Of a stretch of DNA of 64,000 nucleotides, positions 59,210 to 64,000 are shown in pieces. Within the stretch, counting starts at the first letter, position 1; each line of letters begins with the position of its first letter. This DNA is from Eledone cirrhosa. Lineage: Eukaryota. Both the position numbers and the translations under genes were made by a program. The stretch lies in assembly GCA_964016885.1 (NCBI GenBank), contig OZ024745.1, positions 20,398,001 through 20,462,000 of the forward strand, given 5' to 3'. The notes under the pieces are model-generated. The model was not told the DNA's origin. It made no database searches and worked only from the letters and a program-made list of their open reading frames with translations.

Positions 59210-59252
59210 CTTCTTCTTCTTCTTCTTCTTCTTCTTCTTCTTCTTCTTCTTC
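58935..59252. repeat. (GTT)n/(CTT)n trinucleotide tract
   Basis: Direct inspection. Confidence 0.9.
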
Positions 59253-59315
59253 TCACCATATAACAGACGCCTGGAATAAAACATAATATATAATATACAT
59301 GTACATATACATACT

Positions 59316-59475
<160 letters not shown>

Positions 59476-59585
59476 CATACATACATACATATATATATAT
59501 GTATATACATACATACATACATATGTATGTATGTATATATGTATGTATGTATATATGCATGTGTGTATATGTAAATATATACATG

Positions 59586-59619
<34 letters not shown>

Positions 59620-59658
59620 TACACACACTTATATATATATATATATATATATGAATGA

Positions 59659-59697
<39 letters not shown>

Positions 59698-59896
59698 CCC
59701 AGTGTTTTACATGTCTATCTCTCCTAACACCATGTCTCCTATACTCCATTCCCGTCTTAACCTTTACCCTAACTCTGTTTATATCTTCCTTTATTTCTTC
59801 ATTTCCAAACAGACTCCTTCCTTTATTTCTTCTTTCTTTTCTTCTACTATTATTTATTTATTTTATTTATATATTTAAATACACACACACGCACAC

Positions 59897-59931
<35 letters not shown>

Positions 59932-59941
59932 CATACACACA

Positions 59942-60001
<60 letters not shown>

Positions 60002-60112
60002 AAAATATATTTATATATATATTTATATATATGTTTATATATATTTATATATATATATATATGTTTATATATATATTTAAATATACACATATATATCTAC
60101 ATATAGATATAC

Positions 60113-60191
<79 letters not shown>

Positions 60192-60310
60192 AATATACAC
60201 ACATACCTATATATACATATATATGTAATATATATATATATTATATTTAAATACACTCACATATACATAGACACACATACACGCATACACCTACACCCAC
60301 ACACACACTG

Positions 60311-60371
<61 letters not shown>

Positions 60372-60784
60372 ATACTTTATATCTGAAAAGTCTCCAGTGA
60401 AAAATATACAGTGTTAGAAAATAAGGAGACCAAAATCTTTAGTTCGAATTATTCTGTTGTATTGTTGTTCTGTTGTAGAAGACATTGTGTTAATGGAATC
60501 TTGTCTTAGCACGCAGTATGTCTGTTGCTCGTTTCTTACTCTATATGTTACTATTGAATTATCTCTTCCTTTCTTACTTGCTCTTTTTTTTATTTTTCCA
60601 GTTTTTTCCTTCATTTGTGTGTGTTTTACCTTTTATTCTGTATTTTTCTATTATTTTCTCCGCCATTTTCTCTCTTTTATTTATTCATTTATTTTTTGAC
60701 TTAATACTATCTCCCTTCGCTTATTTATGTTAATTTATTATCTGTGTCTGTTTTTCTTCTTTTCTTTCTTTGTTTTTCTTGCCT

Positions 60785-60796
60785 TTTCTTTCTTTC

Positions 60797-60843
<47 letters not shown>

Positions 60844-60844
60844 C

Positions 60845-60875
<31 letters not shown>

Positions 60876-60888
60876 CTTTCTTTCTTTC

Positions 60889-60935
<47 letters not shown>

Positions 60936-60936
60936 C

Positions 60937-60983
<47 letters not shown>

Positions 60984-60995
60984 CTTTCTTTTTTT
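60785..60995. repeat. (CTTT)n
   Basis: Direct inspection. Confidence 0.95.
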
Positions 60996-61467
60996 CGTTC
61001 ATAAAAAATATAGTTCCATCTTATTTTCCATCTTACTCTTTATCTATCTTCCTTTTGCGTTTCTTTCTTTCTAGTTTCATTTATTTTGTGTATGTGTACG
61101 TCTATGTATGTATATGTGTGTATCTCTGTATGTGTGTATGTGTGTGTGTGTATGTGTTTGTATGTGTGTGTATGGGGGGTATATGTTTTTCCGTTTGTAT
61201 ATCACTGATTCTATTCTTTCCTAGAAATTCCTTCCTTTCATTATTTATGTTCATTCATTTTTTTTCATCTATTCATTTCTTTATGATTTCTTCATTTCTT
61301 CATTTCTCTTTTTCTTTCTCTCTTTTTGTTTTCCTTTTTCCTTTTTTCTTTTTATTGCTTCTTTCCGCCTGCCTTTCTTCTTTCATCTCTTTTTCATTCT
61401 TTTTTCCTCCTTTTCCTCATATTTTCATGCATGTCCTCATTCTTTCTTTCTTCCTTTCTTTCTTTTT

Positions 61468-61506
<39 letters not shown>

Positions 61507-61534
61507 GTCTTCCTGTCCTTCTTAATAATTGTAA

Positions 61535-61614
<80 letters not shown>

Positions 61615-61617
61615 CTG

Positions 61618-61648
<31 letters not shown>

Positions 61649-61649
61649 G

Positions 61650-61694
<45 letters not shown>

Positions 61695-61912
61695 CAATTA
61701 ATATATATATATATGATAGTGATTGATATAATATACTAATTTTAACTATAATGATGTATAATACTATATGACGTAATTATGTCATAATACAATATATAAC
61801 ATGATTCAATACTGATTCAATACTGATTTATTTATCTATCTATATGATACAACCTGGCTTCGAGAATCGGAAAGACAGATCTTTACAGACAACACTAACT
61901 CCTACGTCTTAC

Positions 61913-62007
61913 CTTTCAGAATAATCATTTCTTTCCAGATTACACATGTTGTGTAATAGGCTACTATATATTGATAAGGCAATACTTCTTGAATTTCTTT
62001 TAATGAT
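61913..62007 (-). other. Possible small exon
   Basis: ccttacatctctagtag acceptor, AAG|gtaaga donor, two open frames; no recognisable homology. Confidence 0.25.
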
Positions 62008-62417
62008 CTACTAGAGATGTAAGGACAATATATACTACACATACATATACACAATATATACACACATATATATATATACACAATATATACAACACATATA
62101 TATACGCAAGTAGCTACAGGTCTTTTAATAAGCACTATCGATCTTTTCGGGGTTGGGTTTTTGGGGCCCCAGGTATCATAAACAAAAAATAAGAATACAC
62201 AGCAACCCCCCCCCCCCCCGCCCCAGTTTTACATATCAAAGTTAGCATGGCGCAAGTAATAGGAGTTACAAAGTTATACATACAGGTATTAAATTCAAAA
62301 ATTCTAACCATCCTAAAACTAAAATTTCCAGTTGAGGCCACACATAAATTACTACAGACGTCACTGGTGGCCCCCCCCTCCACCACTGCAGGGGGTCCGG
62401 AGCAATTGCCTCCTTTG

Positions 62418-62665
62418 TGTGTGACAGCTCACACCTATGCAGGTTTAGCTGGCCTCCTCCAAGGTATATCTCGTTGGAGATGTCTTGGGTAATTTAATGA
62501 TAGGGACCCCAGTCCTATCATCTCATTTCTACAGCTGAGTAAACTGGAGCAACGTGAAATAAAGTGTCTTGCTGAAGGAAACAGCACATCACCTGGTCCG
62601 AGAATTGAACTCACAATCTTTCGATTGCAAGCTCAATGCTCTAACCACTAAGCTATCCGCCTTCA
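62418..62665 (-). mobile_element. SINE family B with 15-bp TSD, inside a probable hAT relic
   Basis: caattgc(c/t)tcctttg at 62403-62417 and 62666-62680; host ends aaatccggccctg near 62702. Confidence 0.8.
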
Positions 62666-62904
62666 CAATTGCTTCCTTTGCCCCCCATTAAATCCGGCCC
62701 TGAATCATATAAATAGAAGAACATTTTATCTTTTCTTTCAGCTTTCTGTTAATTCTTTTGTTTTTAAAAATTAAAATTTGTTGAATTGTTAAATCACTCT
62801 AAAATAAAAAAAAGTCTGAAAATATGTTTAAATTTACCAAAATAACCTGTCTTTATAATTCTTAAACCATATAATTTGATCATTAAATCCTTTGAGGTTT
62901 ATAC

Positions 62905-63060
62905 TTTTATTCTTTTACTGGTTTCAGTGATTTGACTGTGGCCATACTGGGGCACAACCCTGAAGGAAGTTAATGGATTATATCGATTCCAGTATTTACT
63001 TGAGTAAGTTTGGTAAATATTTATCGATCTTCTTTTTGGAAAACAGTTATGTTAAGGAAC
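62905..63060. mobile_element. SINE family C
   Basis: tttcagtgatttgactgtggccatactggggcac...tatcgattccagta...ggta..tatttatcgatct. Confidence 0.55.
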
Positions 63061-63180
63061 ATAAAGAGGCAGCAAACGTAGACGCAGAAACACACACTCA
63101 CACACATACACACACACGCACACACGCGCACGCCCACACACACACGCACACACACACCCAAACACACACACACACACACA

Positions 63181-63284
<104 letters not shown>

Positions 63285-63286
63285 AA

Positions 63287-63321
63287 TCTCTGAAGAAGAG
63301 ATTTGATCTCGAAATATCAGG
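63287..63321 (+). ncRNA. Minimal PLE-type hammerhead motif
   Basis: tct-CTGAAGA-a-gagat-ttg-atctc-GAAAT-ATC-agg. Confidence 0.6.
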
Positions 63322-63453
63322 ACAGATAAATAAATAAGGCAACTCATAACATCTTCTTTCGTCTTACTTTCTTATACATCAATTTCGCATTGTTATGGCC
63401 TTCAAACATTACACCATTTCCTCCCTCTCTCTCTCTGTATATATATGTATGTG

Positions 63454-63575
<122 letters not shown>

Positions 63576-63711
63576 CAAAAGGAATATTCAATTTGTTGGT
63601 AATTCAACAAATATAAATGTTTATAACTGATTCAGAGCACCCGACATATTTTCTGGAGTATAATATTCAATGATATTAAATAAATGGAAACTATATTTAT
63701 AAAACCATATT

Positions 63712-63772
63712 TATTCTATTATATATATTTCAAGGGTACCAAAATTTTGGTACGCTTTCATCAGATAAAATA
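63712..63772 (-). ncRNA. Type I minimal hammerhead, family H1
   Basis: Minus strand tattttat-CTGATGA-aagc-gtacc-aaaatttt-ggtac-cctt-GAAA-tatatATA-atagaata. Confidence 0.78.
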
Positions 63773-63966
63773 CGAAGTTTGTTTTATAAATTTTGACATA
63801 ACCAAGGAAAATACCTTAAAGGTTCAAGTTTTCCTTGGATAGACTATCCAAGGAAAACTTGAACCGTTAAGGTATTTTCCTTGAAATATATATAATAGAA
63901 TAAATATGGTTTTATAAATATAGTTTCCATTTATTTAATATCATTGAATATTATATATATATATAT

Positions 63967-64000
63967 CGTCCCTTTACGATCTGAGTTCAAATCCCGCCGA
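63967..64000 (+). mobile_element. SINE family A fragment running off the window
   Basis: cgtccctttacgatctgagttcaaatcccgccga is the exact reverse complement of 55995-56028. Confidence 0.75.

Overview
Very AT-rich, repeat-saturated animal DNA. The tRNA-derived SINE families, mariner relic and microsatellite load suggest a cephalopod such as an octopus (inference, not verified by search). No intact host gene is recognisable, and almost every ORF in the track is a microsatellite or satellite artefact. Real content: three large tandem arrays (12, 38 and 70 bp units), a 5'-truncated R4/Dong-type RLE retrotransposon, Penelope-like element (PLE) RT and GIY-YIG fragments, RTE and CR1-type relics, many SINEs, a non-autonomous Helitron, and piggyBac- and hAT-type MITEs. 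The most striking signal is about 15 hammerhead-ribozyme (HHR) or HHR-like motifs, several with an intact core and covarying stems. They coincide with a recurring class of 100-400 bp fold-back palindromes in (TA)n tracts, whose arms share copy-specific variants and whose axes often lie at or near the HHR motif. I interpret this as PLE-dependent short elements integrating by snap-back copying; that mechanism is inference. Coordinates were read by eye and relic boundaries are approximate.
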